Shown: positions 12,161-25,182, counted from the stretch's first letter. The stretch is DNA of 64,000 nucleotides from Eledone cirrhosa (GCA_964016885.1 OZ024751.1:50282001-50346000); one strand, 5' to 3'. Numbers and translations: made by a program. The notes: generated from the letters alone by a model not told the origin.

Positions 12161-12982
12161 ATTAAAGGTGGGGATCCATACCGGAGTGGGATGAAAACGT
12201 GCCCGTTGTGTAATAATGAGCTCTTCCATATTCTAAGCTCAAGCCACCAACTACTCAACAACAAAATTGAAAGGTCAATTTTTTGCCAGCATAAACTGAA
12301 AGCGAAATTCTCACACTTCAAACCTTCAACCAAATCCTAACACTACCTATCTTTCTACCCTAAATAACAATTCTACACCCCTAAAAATAGACTATATATG
12401 AAATTTAATACTTTCTTCCTTCATCTGTTCTCTGGTAAGACTTTCGCCTGTCCACTTCCAAATGCCTCTTAAAATTCTATCTTCCTTCTCTCTCCCTCTA
12501 CTCATCACAACTTTTAGCACACATCCCTCCTCCCCCTCCCTATACAAATCCTCTCACACCACACTATCTCTTTCTCTCCCTTCTTCTATCCCTTTTCTCT
12601 CTCTCTCTCTCTCTCCCTCTCTTTTGCCCCTCTCTCTCTCTCTGTTCCTCTATCTTACACTACTACCCCTTATTTCATTTCCTAAGGTCATTCCAACTTT
12701 GTATTTTGAAAATTCGGATGCCACAGTATCTTTCTTGATTGCCTATTATAACATAGTGTAGCAATAATGGACTGAAATTCTGATGAAACAATTGTAAATA
12801 CGTGGATTAAATTCTTTTGTAATTGTTTACCTTCGTCCTATTTCTCTTCTTTGATTACACTCCTCGTTTGTTCGTGTTTCCACTACAGAATCCCTACCAA
12901 CCTGTCGAGTCACCTTAACGTATGTTGAGAACTTTCCTCACAACTTGTTCTACCAAGCTTTGGAATACTCCTAATAACTGAA

Positions 12983-13053
<71 letters not shown>

Positions 13054-13497
13054 GTTCAAGAGTAACCAATCTTAAAGAGAGAGATGGAGATAGTAAAGGA
13101 GATATGAGAGGAGAGATTGGTGAGTTAGTTAGAAGCCAAAGCGTAAAGGCATGTGCTCAATGTGCAATATGCAGTGGAAGGCAGGTGGCTGGGTTCATGC
13201 AGAAGTTAGGTGCGCAGAGCTGGAAATATTCATTAGTTAAGCAAAACAAGACCACAAACTTCACAAGGAAGGCATTATTAAAAGATTGTCAACATATTTA
13301 GTTTGATGTAAGGAATACAGAGAATAATAATTATAATATTAATAATAATAATGTCCATTTACAATTGTTTCGCTACTCCATATAATATTTCTGGATCAGA
13401 TGACTATATATCATAATTGATCTGGTTCAGTTGAAAATAATTAACATATTTAAAAAAACTGAGTGGCTCATCGGAACTCAAAGGAATATAAGTTAAA

Positions 13498-13677
13498 ATA
13501 ATTGTTTCTACTTTAGGCACAAGGCCAGCAATTACCCAGTGCATTACTGGTACTTTTATTTTATCCACCCCGTAAGGATGAAAAGAAAAGTCAACCTCGG
13601 CGGGATTTGAACTCAGATCGTAAAGGGACGTAACTATGCTGGAAAGCATGGCGTCCGACCCTCTACCGATACTGCCA
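13498..13677 (-). mobile_element. Near full-length SINE A inserted in the PLE2 3' UTR
   Basis: Reverse complement of 36120-36295; absent from the sister copy at ~18815-18860. Confidence 0.85.
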
Positions 13678-13885
13678 TAAAATTACCATTACTATGGTGT
13701 CTTGGTTGCATCAGCTGTCAGCCATAATCAAGCAGTATTCATCTGTCGAGGCTGCATTGTGTGAGATCTGCCTATGGGTAACAAGATGGCTGCCAAAGGG
13801 CATATTTACCTTACTAATTAGAGGGTGGTTTCAGGGGAAGAAACTTCTCGAGAGATTAGAGATTGTGAGTATTTATAGTTAAGTG

Positions 13886-16116
13886 CTAGTTTTTAAATTT
13901 TTTAATTGAGAGACAATGTATGGGAGGTAACTTATAATTATCGAGTTGTTCATAGCAATTTAACTTATTAGCTACAAGTAGAAATGGGGCTACATGACTA
14001 AGTTGGGTCAAAAACTCTATTGGCGAAGGTATTAGCCCTTCGATGTTGACAGCTAATGGTTACCTGCGTTCTATCGTTAATGGGTAGAGGTCGTGATAGA
14101 GTTATGTAATATGCTTCCGTAACACAGAGATCACAAGATTTTCTTCGTCCATTGAACGGTTGGGCCCTAGCTACGATATCCCATTTTAGTGAGTGTTGAA
14201 CGTTGTTTAATTTAAGGTTTTTAATGAGCCTAGCTAGCGATGTCGAACATCTGTTGCTAGGGTCTCGGAAGGAAAAAGAGTGCGCGTTATACCGTACCTT
14301 AAAAGGGTTAGAGGTAGACCCGATATAAGAGCTGGTATTCGAAGCAGTCTCAACCGTGCACCTATAGACTATGTTGGGTGTCAGGCAGTGTCCATTTAAT
14401 GGGCATGCATTGGGGTAACGGCAGTTGCAGTTGCTTCTGCGGTTAGTGAGAGTAGGGTTGTTTAACCTAAGCGGTTGGTCCGTGTTAGAAGGATTAGATG
14501 GGGGAGGTGTGCTACTAGAGTAATTATTGGTGTAGTGCGCGTGGAGTATTTGATAGGGGTGGAGGTACCGCGGTGTGGGAGTTATACTGTCTTAGCTTAT
14601 GATGGTTGCTGAACGCGATGTGGCTAGCTAGGTTAGGTGTTGTGGAGAATGAGATTTTAATGTTATTTTTATTAAAGAGTTTGTAATATCTATGGTTGGG
14701 GGTGGGGGTGGATAGGATAGAGAAGAAGCGTTTGGGGATATTAGTGGCTAGATTAGATGAGAATGGTGGGTTGAGCCAGGTGATATTTCTAGGTCTATTC
14801 CTTCTAGGGGTTCTAGTGGAGTTGGTAGGGGCCTTCCAAGCGTTATTATTACCTGGGGGTTTGTTATTTGTCATCCCATTTCTCATTCCTATTCTAGGGT
14901 TGATTCTTAGTTTGCTACTAGGAGTGGGGAGCAGGCCACTGCCACCATTAAAGTTCCCTGTATAGGTGCTGTTACTGCTAAAATTCCGGCAAATCTGGCT
15001 ATATGCTAAGGTATTTCTAGTTCTAGTGTTAAGTTTATTATGGTGAGTTGCTGTGTTTTGGCATTTAGGTATGTAATAAATTGATTGTTTATAACCAGAT
15101 TCAGAGAGAGCCTTATTATAATATTGTGCGTGGTTTATAAATATCTCTTCATTTGCTGATAGCATTGAGATCCTATAGGAGATAGATTTGATTACTGCTC
15201 TGATGACTGCCGGTGGGTGGTTAGAGTGTGGGCTAATATATGTGAGTATTTCACTTGGTTTATGGTAAGGCTTATAAAGGTTATTGTTGAGATCAAGGGT
15301 GACGTCTAGGAAGTTTACTACTTTATGGTTCAGCTCGATGGTGATAGAGAGACCGTTATTTTTGAAGAATCTATGAAATTGTTTCTTTAGCAAATCGATT
15401 CCCCGATTAGTGCAATTGTGGACCGCAAATAGGGCGTCGTCCCTGTATATTCCGCCTTGAATCGGTTGGATTTCGGCTCTGATGTTACGTAATAGGTAAA
15501 TCCCAACTAAATCGGTGATTTGCGCGGAGTCACTTGAGCCCATCGTAATGTCAAAGTTGTCTGTTCTATCTTTTCTAGTCCAGAGTGCTCCGTTGAATTC
15601 AATGATAGTCTGCCTAGCCATGAGTATGATGTTAATCTCATTATTGGTTATGTCCGAGTTGGTGGTGGCTAGGGCTAGTGCTTTGTTGAGCAGTTCCGGG
15701 GTTATTGACGCGTAATAGCTGTCTATATCAAATTGGATGAACCTCATAGATTGCTTGGACCTTAGATCGGAGAACCATCTGATGACTTGGCCGGTGTTGG
15801 ACCACAACTTGTAGGTGGTATCATCCCGTAGCCCAGAGATTATCCTATCAAGGATGTTCTTACTGATGCGGCCCAGGTCAGATGTGGTTGGGCTTATGAG
15901 TCTAATGGATGGGTTCTCTATAAATTTTGGCTTGTGATCCTTGAGAGAGAACCTTGGGGTTGTTGGTACATAAGGGTGGGTAAATCTATCAAAATGCAAG
16001 TCCTTAACCAAAGCCTGGGCTTTTCGGTTAAGTACGTTTACACTAGAGGGTGTAGTTTTTCTATAGTTTTTGTTGATTTCTTTAAGAAGGAAAGAGTTGT
16101 AAGTTTCAGGAGTCAT
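13886..16116 (-). pseudogene. PLE2 reverse transcriptase + GIY-YIG, disrupted near 14520-14700
   Basis: ORF 14524-16260 has FIQFDIDSYYASI, MGSSDSAQITDLVG, GIYRDD and VNFLDVTLDL. Downstream frame reads CNCRYPNACPLNGHCLTPNIVYRC...SYIGSTSNPFKVRY...CDLC. End coordinate approximate. Confidence 0.9.
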
Positions 16117-16133
16117 GGTGTATAGATTTTTGG

Positions 16134-16221
<88 letters not shown>

Positions 16222-16226
<5 letters not shown>

Positions 16227-16342
16227 CGAAGGAAATGTGGTAAGGAACCAGGTGGACCATAACGCACCAAAGTACTCAATACTTGAGGTAGTAGAGTGGG
16301 TAATAGGAACCAGTAAGACCCCGACAGCTGAGCTCAAGCCGT
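16222..16342 (-). mobile_element. Full-length copy of the ~120-bp hammerhead-like TA-targeted element
   Basis: Flanked by (TA)n on both sides. Minus strand begins TCCAGAATTAG-CCGT-CGAAACGGCTTGAGCTCAGCTGTC-GGGG. Confidence 0.8.
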
Positions 16343-16358
16343 TTCGACGGCTAATTCT

Positions 16359-16453
<95 letters not shown>

Positions 16454-16475
16454 TGCATGTATATATATATGTATG

Positions 16476-16518
<43 letters not shown>

Positions 16519-16526
16519 GGGGGGAG

Positions 16527-16569
<43 letters not shown>

Positions 16570-16958
16570 GCAGACATACAGACAAAGAGAAATAGAGAGA
16601 GGGGCGAGAGAGAGAGAGAGCTTTAATGAACCTATTTAATAAATATTTAAAGTTGAAACTGGAGCTGACAAAGAGGGAGAGATAGAGACGGAGTATAAGA
16701 AAGAGAAACAGAGAAAGGAATTAGAGAGAGAAGGATTATATAGGAAAGAGATATAGTGAGAGAAATAAGTATATAGAGAGAATATATATAGAGAGAGAAA
16801 GTGAGAAATAGAGAAGAATAAATCGATTTCAAAGTGGATAAAGTTTTGGAAATTGCCGAATATTCGATTAATCACGAACTCAGCAATTTTCCTGGTTGGC
16901 CAGAAAGTTGATTTTAAACATCAACCCAACAAATGTTTTGCTTTTGGTATTTTTGTAC

Positions 16959-17200
16959 TTGTTGTTGTTGTTGTTGTTTAGCCCTAGGCTTCGACAGTCG
17001 ATCGACTTTCGTCAAATCGGACCGTGGAAACAATGTTTCCATAGGTCTTTCCAATTGCTAATACTATCTATCGGTCGCAACCCCAGGTAGAAGGAGCAAC
17101 GTGAAATAAAGTATCCTGCCCAAGGACATAACACATTGCCCGGTCCGTGAATCGAACTCACAACCTCACGATTGAGAGTCCAATTCTCTAACCAACCAGC
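16959..17200 (-). mobile_element. tRNA-derived SINE (family C) with (AAC)n tail
   Basis: Minus strand has a tRNA-like head (TGGTTAGAGAATTGGACTCTC...GTGAGTTCGATTC). Homologous copy at 62650-62842. Confidence 0.7.
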
Positions 17201-17489
17201 TGGGCTTGTACATGGTTAATTTAACTTATGACTAAATGCATTCCAACCTTAAGCATAATTCCCGGACTTGTCCAATGATACGAGCTTTTAAAGAGAGCAG
17301 GGTGTGCTCATGTGGGACACATTCTCTTGGTTCATTATATTTCTTAATTATGCAAATTACTTCTAAACACATCTCTTTGTAATTTCTTTTTCAATGCATA
17401 AAATGTGTTGACTGATTGCTCAAGAATGCTTCCCGTGTTTAACCATGCATTGCTGTGAACGTTGAATGAGATTCGAGCATGTCTGTAGC

Positions 17490-17600
17490 TATCTTCATGC
17501 CAGCTAACAAAAAGATCTTCAATAAGAACAATATAAAAAGTAGTTACAACTCCACTCAGGAACAGAAGCATGCCATCTAGAACAAGAAACGGTAGCTAAG
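17490..17600 (+). pseudogene. Old degraded PLE ORF fragment
   Basis: Translates KIFNKNNIKSSYNST, matching KIFNKHTIKFSYST of PLE3. Confidence 0.45.
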
Positions 17601-17732
17601 CAACATTATAAGGAATGAATAATGAAAACGAACTACCCAAAGAATCCACCAATGAGAATTATAAGCATATAAAGTAATGTAAATTTTGTATTATCTCGCT
17701 GTTCGCATATATATATATACATATATACACAC

Positions 17733-17835
<103 letters not shown>

Positions 17836-17840
17836 TATGT

Positions 17841-17895
<55 letters not shown>

Positions 17896-17998
17896 TTATT
17901 TATTATTATATACATATACAGATATATATATAATTAGATAGCTCTGTTCTATACATAGAGCACTCTTTTTTCGTTTGCTTTTTCTTCCGAATTACCTA

Positions 17999-18063
<65 letters not shown>

Positions 18064-18544
18064 AATATGTATTAAACATATATGTATATATGTGAGAATC
18101 CGCATCCGTGTTTGCATTTGTGACTCAATGGGTGAGTATACATGTGTAGAAGCATGTATTCAAGTGTGTGAAGTTTGAAAAATTAGAACAACAAACTTAC
18201 AGATAAATTTAATCTACTTCGGCACGTTTGTGATCAACGAAAACTCCATTATTTAGATGGAGATCAGGCCAAGCTATATTTCATTGGCGGCCATTAAAAT
18301 TCTAGCAAGACATGTATTAATATATTCAGTAATGCAGAATGTTATAAACATTGGAAAGCAGAATAAGAGGACAATGGAAATCCCAGCTGTTTGTAGTACA
18401 CATCATTGAATAAAAACTGGAACTGGAGTAGTCAATGTGCTCTTAATTATTTCTAAGGATTGGATTCTTTTTACCTCCTATAAAAATCTTCAGAACCTAA
18501 ACCAGATATATATATATATTTATATTCATATATATATATATATA

Positions 18545-19222
18545 TTCATTAGTTATGCAAAACAAGACCACAAATTTCACAAGGAAGAGATTATTAAAAG
18601 ATTGTCAACATATTTAGTTTGATGTAAGGAATGTAGAGAATAATAATAATAATAATATTAATAATAATAATGCCCGTTTACAATTGTTTCGCTACTCCGT
18701 ATAATATTTCTGGATCAGATGACTATGTATCATAATTGATCTGGTTCAGTTGAAAATAATTAACATATTTCAAAAAAAACAGAGTGGCTCATCGGAACTC
18801 AAAGGAATATAAATTAAAATAATGTTACATAATATAATGTTCCATATATTAGTTTTTACTGTGGTGCCTTTGTTTCATCAGCTGTCAGCCATAATCAAGC
18901 AGTACTCATCTGTCGAGGCTGCATTGTGTCGGATCTGCCTATGGGTAACAAGATGGCTGCCAAAGGGCATATTTACCTTACTAATTAGAGGGTGGTTTCA
19001 GGGGAAGTAACTTCTCGAGAGATTAGAGATTGTGTGTATTTTATAGTTATGTGCTAGTATTTAAATTATTTAATTGAGAGACAATGTAGGGGAGGTAACT
19101 TATAATAATCGAGTTGTTCATAGCAATTTAACTTATTAGCTACAATTAGAAATGGGGCTACATGACTAAGTTGGGTCAAAAACTCTATTGGCGAAGGAAT
19201 TAGCCCTTCGATGTTGACAGCT
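18545..19222 (-). mobile_element. Truncated 3' copy of the PLE2 family
   Basis: Direct repeat of 13229-14055 without the SINE insertion. Confidence 0.85.
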
Positions 19223-19467
19223 ATGGACCATCTAAATCAGAGCGACTTGTTTTTACTCTCAATCACTGAACGTCCATAAAACAGGGATAAACTCTAAGCT
19301 CCGTCCAACTTGTGCAAGCAAACAAAAACAGTGTAAAATCGATATCTCTTGAATTTATATATGAATGAAAATGGGATAGTTATTGTTGGACTGATTTTGA
19401 ATATAGATTTGTAAAACAAGAACGACAACAACAGCATCAAATACTGAATACTTCATATGGTATATAC

Positions 19468-19665
19468 CAGGCATGTCAAACTGAGGGTACCCCGAGGGCT
19501 ACATGGATCACATGTGTGTTGTCTGAGGGCCATACACTATAACTATGTACATTACAACACAGTTTTTTTTATTTTATATTACGAAGATAAATCTTGCTCG
19601 CGCTGTAAAAGCCTTTGTGCGGGCCGCAGGTGTACTTGTAAAGGGCCGCATGTTTGACATGCCTG
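19468..19665. mobile_element. hAT MITE
   Basis: Perfect 14-bp TIRs CAGGCATGTCAAAC / GTTTGACATGCCTG. 8-bp TSD GTATATAC at 19460-19467 and 19666-19673. Confidence 0.9.
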
Positions 19666-20776
19666 GTATATACTATAGGAGTGACGAATCGTTTTAGTTA
19701 AATACATTCCAGTCATATCAGATCCGTTCATTTAGTGATCTCTATGACTATGGTAGGGCAGGAGGAAGGAGCAGTGCCCATGGCTTTCACAGACTCAAAG
19801 AGATAGACGCCACTGGGGTTCTGTTTATATTATTACAGATACACTTCTTGGGAAAAGATATGAACAGAGAAGGAGTTCCAGCTGGCTTACGTTCGGTGGA
19901 GGAAGGACTGGGCGAGGTGTAGAGCTTTAGACACTGCATTAGTGATGAGAAGATGGCAGAGTAAGTGAGATTGGATTTGAAGCAAGTATAGCTACTATTT
20001 TCTAGAGGACAAATGGCAGCATCAAGGCTTCCTCATTGGCTCACTTAAAGGAATATATGGCTTGCTGGTCTTGATAATAGGATAGATGAGCTTTAACGTT
20101 GAGCTAACAATTAGAGTTAACGAAAGCATAAAGAATGCCAAACATTAAGATAGATAGCTTATTAACGGGCAGAAAGGCAACTAACAAATTAGGACTAATG
20201 TTATGAAGGAAACAGAATTGAAGAAAAGGATTGCTATCTAATATATCAGTTCCTGCTGAATATAGAATGATCAAACGAAGCTCTAATTAAACAGTAGCTA
20301 CACGTCTTAAACAAAAAACACATTGATAATCAAGCCATAATAATACGTATCCCTGAATGTGTAGAAAGCCATGTATACTGGTATATAGAGGTAGGCGGAG
20401 ACTTTGATGTAGTCAGAATAGAAGGAATACGACAGTGAAATTGTGAGCCATTACTAATTTAATGTTTAGTTTTGGAAAAGTCTGAATATAGTTCTTCCTT
20501 GGCAGATATTGATTCGTTAATGATATCACACCCAACGAGATTATATATATATAGTTATAGTTCTGAAAATGTGCACTGCTTGTCTTAAAACTATTCATTA
20601 AAGACATTACAGATAATTACAGGGTGAAGAAAAAAGCGGAGCTGAAAATATAAACATCATATATAGATTGTATATATATATATATGTGTGGAAAAGGTAA
20701 ACAGAAATAACAATACAATCGGTACAGTATATGGAAGGAATATATTAGGTTAACGCTTGAAATAGCAGGAAGAGGG

Positions 20777-20812
20777 TTTTTACGTTTCGGACGCTAGTCC
20801 TTCATCAGAAGA
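20777..20812 (-). ncRNA. Minimal type-I hammerhead motif in a TA-flanked PLE-like 3' remnant (~20685-20905)
   Basis: Minus strand reads UU-CUGAUGA-A-GGAC-UAGC-GUCC-GAAAC-GUA-AA. Loopless palindromic stem III (ACGU) implies dimer-type folding; stem I is weak. Confidence 0.65.
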
Positions 20813-20904
20813 AAGAATGAGAAATAAGATAGATTGAAGGGAGGGGCGGGGTGGAATTGGAAAAAATGTCTTTAGATAAAAATAGCAGGTCGATTCATGT
20901 TGAC

Positions 20905-20935
<31 letters not shown>

Positions 20936-20936
20936 T

Positions 20937-21647
20937 ATTGTTATACTTTGGGAGGGTCATGTTGCCAATAAGAAACACACGCACCAGTTGCTTTCACTTC
21001 AATTTAATTTATTATATATTTATAAATTTACAAATTTATAAATTTCTGGTTGGTTGGTTGGTTCCACAACCAGATAGTTGTTTATATATATATAGTCATA
21101 GTTCTTTCGTCACACACTCTGTGACCTCTTCAGTGACTGGGGATTTCTTTCTTCGTTTCTGTGCCTTTCCTGTCTTCTATCCTACGCCATTTTGTTTGTG
21201 TCAAACAAAATGGCGTAGGATAGAAGAAAGGAAAGGCACAGAAACGAAGAAAGAAATCCCCAGTCACTGAAGAGGTCACAGAGTGTGTGACGAAAGAACT
21301 ATGACTATATATATATAAACAACTATCTGGAAACAAAATGGCGTAGGATAGAAGAAAGGAAAGGCACAGAAACGAAGAAAGAAATCCCCAGTCACTGAAG
21401 AGGTCACAGAGTGTGTGACGAAAGAACTATGACTATATATATATAAACAACTATCTGGTTGTGGAACCAACCAACCAACCAGAAACTTATAAATTTGTAA
21501 ATTTATAAATATATAATAAATTAAATTGAAGTGAAAGCAACTGGTGCGTGTGTTTCTTATTGGCAACATGACCCTCCCAAAGTATAACAATATCGGTTTC
21601 AACACACGATTTCAGATAAAGAATCTTGCTAAACAAATTCAGAAACG

Positions 21648-21650
<3 letters not shown>
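20937..21650. mobile_element. ORF-less palindromic/partial-tandem array of PLE4-family terminal repeats (pLTRs)
   Basis: 20937-21198 is inverted relative to 21331-21591. An extra 128-bp tandem unit lies at 21203-21330, and a ~58-bp tail at 21592-21650. Homologous to 58841-59117 and 60721-60997. TA-flanked. Confidence 0.9.
21262..21306 (+). ncRNA. Type-I hammerhead (also 21390-21434 + and 21094-21138 -)
   Basis: AGUCA-CUGAAGA-G-GUCAC-AGAGUGU-GUGAC-GAAAG-AA-CUA-UGACU: 5-bp stems I and II, 2-bp stem III. Confidence 0.8.
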
Positions 21651-21705
<55 letters not shown>

Positions 21706-24437
21706 CTTTGAATAACTTTGAAATGTTTAGGCCAGTATTGGCCCAGGCCATGCCTAACTTAATAGCACCACCTGGCGAAGTCTTTCAATTCAGGATTTGG
21801 GCACCATGGCCCATTCGAGAAGAGAATTACTGTTTGCGGAGACATATCCGGGTGTGGGTGGTTTGTCCGGGATTACTTGGAGGAATTTGTCCAAAGACTT
21901 CTTGAATTTTGTGTGGTCAGTTTCTGTTTTGACGTGTCCTGGTGTGATGTTGAAGAGAGCAGGGCCAATTGAGGTGAAATAATTGTGCCGTATTGTTGTT
22001 ATGAGTTGCGATTTAGATTTTTGTTTGGGACGGATAGCACGGGGCCCAAGCCTTGGGTGTATTTTGAAGGTGATGCCAACATCATTTGGGCAGTGCTGAT
22101 GAAACATTTTCCACATCATGCAGATAATATAACGCTCACGGCGACGTTGGAGTGAGTAAAGTTTCAGCTTTTCTAGTCGACCCCAGTAGTCAAGGTCTGA
22201 CATGCCATCTATCTTTTTCGTGATTGCCCTTTTGGGAGCTTCAAGTTTCATGATACTTTGTTTCGTGTAGGGAGACCACAGTGGACAACAGTATTCAAGG
22301 TGTGGTCGGGCAAAAGTGGAGAAGAGAAGGATAATGGGGTGGGAATCTCTCGACTGGAAGGTTCTGAGGATCCAGGAACACATTCTGCCGGCCATGTCAA
22401 CTTTGCTGCTTATATGCGTGGCCCAGCTTATGTTGCTGTCCACGGTTACTCCCAAGTCTCTGATGTTGTTAGATGCCACGAGAGTTTCACCGGAGGGAAG
22501 GGAGTACGGGAGTTTCAGAGCATCCTCTTTTCCAAAGTGGATCAGTTCGAATTTGTCTTCGTTCAGTAACATGTTGTTCTTTTCCGCCCATTGGGTAACA
22601 GCCAGTAGGTCTGACTGAAGGCTTATCCGATCATCCACGCCATTGATGACCTTTTGGAGCTTGGAATCATCAGCGAAAATTCTAATGTTGCTGTGTTTGA
22701 TGATGTCAGTGATGTCATTAATATAGATGATGAAGAGAAGTGGGCCCAACACAGTGCCTTGTGGGACCTCACTACTGACTTTGGCTGGGCTGGATTTGAC
22801 TCCTTCGACTACATGTTGGGTTCTGTTTGACAGGAAGCACTTGATCCACTGCAGCAGCTTTCCAGTGACACCAATGTTGGACAGCTTTCTCAGTAGAATA
22901 TTGTGATCAACCCTGTCAAAGGCCTTGCTGAAATCAAGGTAGATAACATCCGTGTTGGAACCCTCTCCCAAGGTTCTCAAAATGTCATCAAAGTGATGCA
23001 GTAGCTGCGTCAGGCAATCCCTTCCATTACGGAATCCATGCTGGTTGGAGTTCAGCATATTGTTACTCTCAAGGAAGTGGGTCATTGGCGATCTCACCAC
23101 TCTCTCAAATACCTTAATGATATGAGAGGTGAGTGAGATTGGACGGTAATTCACGGCAAGGGATTTGTTTCCTTTTTTGAAAACTGGGACAACAGACTGG
23201 GATAGAAGGTTTTCTGGCACATATCCAGCATCCAGTGAGTTCCGCCACAGATTGGCAAGAGGAGATGCAAGTTGGTATTGACACGCCCTCAAGACACAAG
23301 CAGGGAACCTATCGGGACCTACTGCTGAATTATGCTTGATTTCCTTTATTGCCGCTAAGACATCAGGGGCGCCAAACGTTATGTCCGATAAGGTGTAATG
23401 GGGAGTAACATCGCCGATAGAGCCCAGATCGGCCATATCGGGATTGCTGAAAACAGAGTAGTATTGTTTCTGCAGTATTTCACCCATGGTTTTAGCATTG
23501 TCTTGAAGAGTGCCATTTTCATCAATTAGAGGGCCAACAGTAGAGCCAGTGGTTTTTTGGTTTTTTTTGCAAAGGAAAAGAACACTTTGGGATTGAGTTT
23601 GATCTTCTCAATGGCCCAGGCCTCTTCAGCTCTTCTCTGATTGTTGATGATAGACATCATATTGTTTTGGAGGTTATGTTTTTTAATCTCTAGTGATGAA
23701 ATGGTAGTCAAGTTGATGTGTTGCTGCTGACAGTATTTCAGCTTGTTGGTTTTTTTGTTTGTTCTCTTAATTTTTCTGATGAGCGTTTTTCTATTTCTAG
23801 GGATTCTGCTCTTAGATTTGTTTATAGTTCTTAATGGGGTGTGTTTAGCACATATGTTTGTAACAGTGTCCACAAATGTCTGCCAGGACTTTTTGATGTT
23901 AGTGGGTGTATGAGTGTGCGTGAAGGACCAGTCGACATGTGCAAGATCATGACTGATCGCTTCCCAGTTTGCATTGTGGAAATCCATAGCGTCAAACGGA
24001 TGGACAGGAGAGATGACATTGGGTTTGTATATTGGACGGTGGAATCTCAGATCACAGAGAACCATGTCATGATCAGAGAGTAGAGTTTTCTCCACTGCAA
24101 TATTGTGGATATTGTCAGTGTGATTGCTGAAAATTAAGTCTAGGACGTTTTTGTGGCACCTCGTTGGTTCGAGCACCAGTTGTGATAGGAAGAAATCATC
24201 CATGAAGTCAAGAAGCGATTCCACAGCTTCCCTGTCAGAGGTTGAGGCAGAAGAACCTGGTGGCAGGCTGTTTGTGGACCAGTCAACTCCGGGGAGGTTG
24301 AAGTCCCCCATCATTAAGATGTTGTCAGGGTGACACTCTTGGATGAAACACTTTATGCTGTTGAGGCATTCCTTGAAGCATGGTAGAGGCGTTTGGGGTG
24401 GCCTATAGAGCCCAACTACTATTAGGCTGTTGGTTTG
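21706..24437 (-). mobile_element. 5'-truncated CR1-group LINE inserted in (TA)n
   Basis: Partial APE endonuclease, RT and a short 3' UTR running into (TA)n. Confidence 0.9.
21790..24436 (-). pseudogene. LINE ORF2 (APE C-half + reverse transcriptase), frameshifted near 23540
   Basis: APE motifs MGDFNLP, LDLIF, SDHD. RT motifs YRPISLTS, QHGFR, YLDFSKAFD, VPQGTVLGPLLF, FADD, LEYCCPLWSP. SGVPQG is mutated to SEVPQG. Confidence 0.9.
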
Positions 24438-24882
24438 TTATATATATATGTCAACATATATATATATATATATAGATAGATATATTCATACAAACATATA
24501 TAAGTGTGTTTGTGCATATATATATATATATATATATCATATTCATTATCATCACTGTTTAACGTCTATTTTCCATGCTTATATGGACTATAAGGTATTT
24601 GGGCTAGACACGTCAAGTGACTACGTCCTGCTCGAACGCCCCATATTCGTCTTGGTTTCTGCGGCTGAATGCCCTTCCTAATGCTAACCATTTTATAGCA
24701 TGTGTTCTTAGAATTGTATCGATTAGTCAATATATCAATTATTTAGGTGGGGGGTATTTTGTCCTTTGAAACGATCGTAAAACAATGTTTTAATTAACCA
24801 CTAAATATTGCGTCATTTGTTTTGATTATTTAACATTCTACACACATAGATTTATATCAATATATATGTGTGTGTGTGTATG

Positions 24883-24915
<33 letters not shown>

Positions 24916-24958
24916 TTGTGTTTGTGTGTTTGTGTGTATATATATATACAGTGTATAT

Positions 24959-24992
<34 letters not shown>

Positions 24993-25011
24993 ATATATAT
25001 ATATTATATAT

Positions 25012-25182
25012 ATAACAAAGGAATTGTGGTAAGGAACCAGATGGACCATAACGCACCAGAGTACTCAATACTTAGGGTAGTAGAGTGGGAAATAGGAAAA
25101 AGTATGACCCCGACGGCAGAGCTCAAGCCGTTTCGACAGCTATTTCTGGACTCAGCTCTGCCGTCGGGGTCATACTTTTTCC

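Larger units (their letters stand above)
9776..12983 (-). mobile_element. Penelope-like retroelement 1: 5'-truncated RT/GIY-YIG ORF with an inverted copy of its 3' end at the 5' side
   Basis: 12175-12853 is the reverse complement of 9776-10538 (minus a SINE insert). The right arm extends to 12983. Both ends abut (TA)n. Confidence 0.9.
13233..16135 (-). mobile_element. Penelope-like retroelement 2 (5'-truncated, with 3' UTR)
   Basis: RT ORF, GIY-YIG and 3' UTR. The 3' portion is duplicated at 18545-19222. Confidence 0.9.

Noticed and set aside
12130-12761. ORFs duplicated on opposite strands (also 58972 and 60486)
   Set aside because: They are by-products of PLE inverted repeats, not genes.
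19760-19970. Possible old LINE RT C-terminus on the minus strand (SFLHRT*ASWN)
   Set aside because: Too short and degenerate to call.
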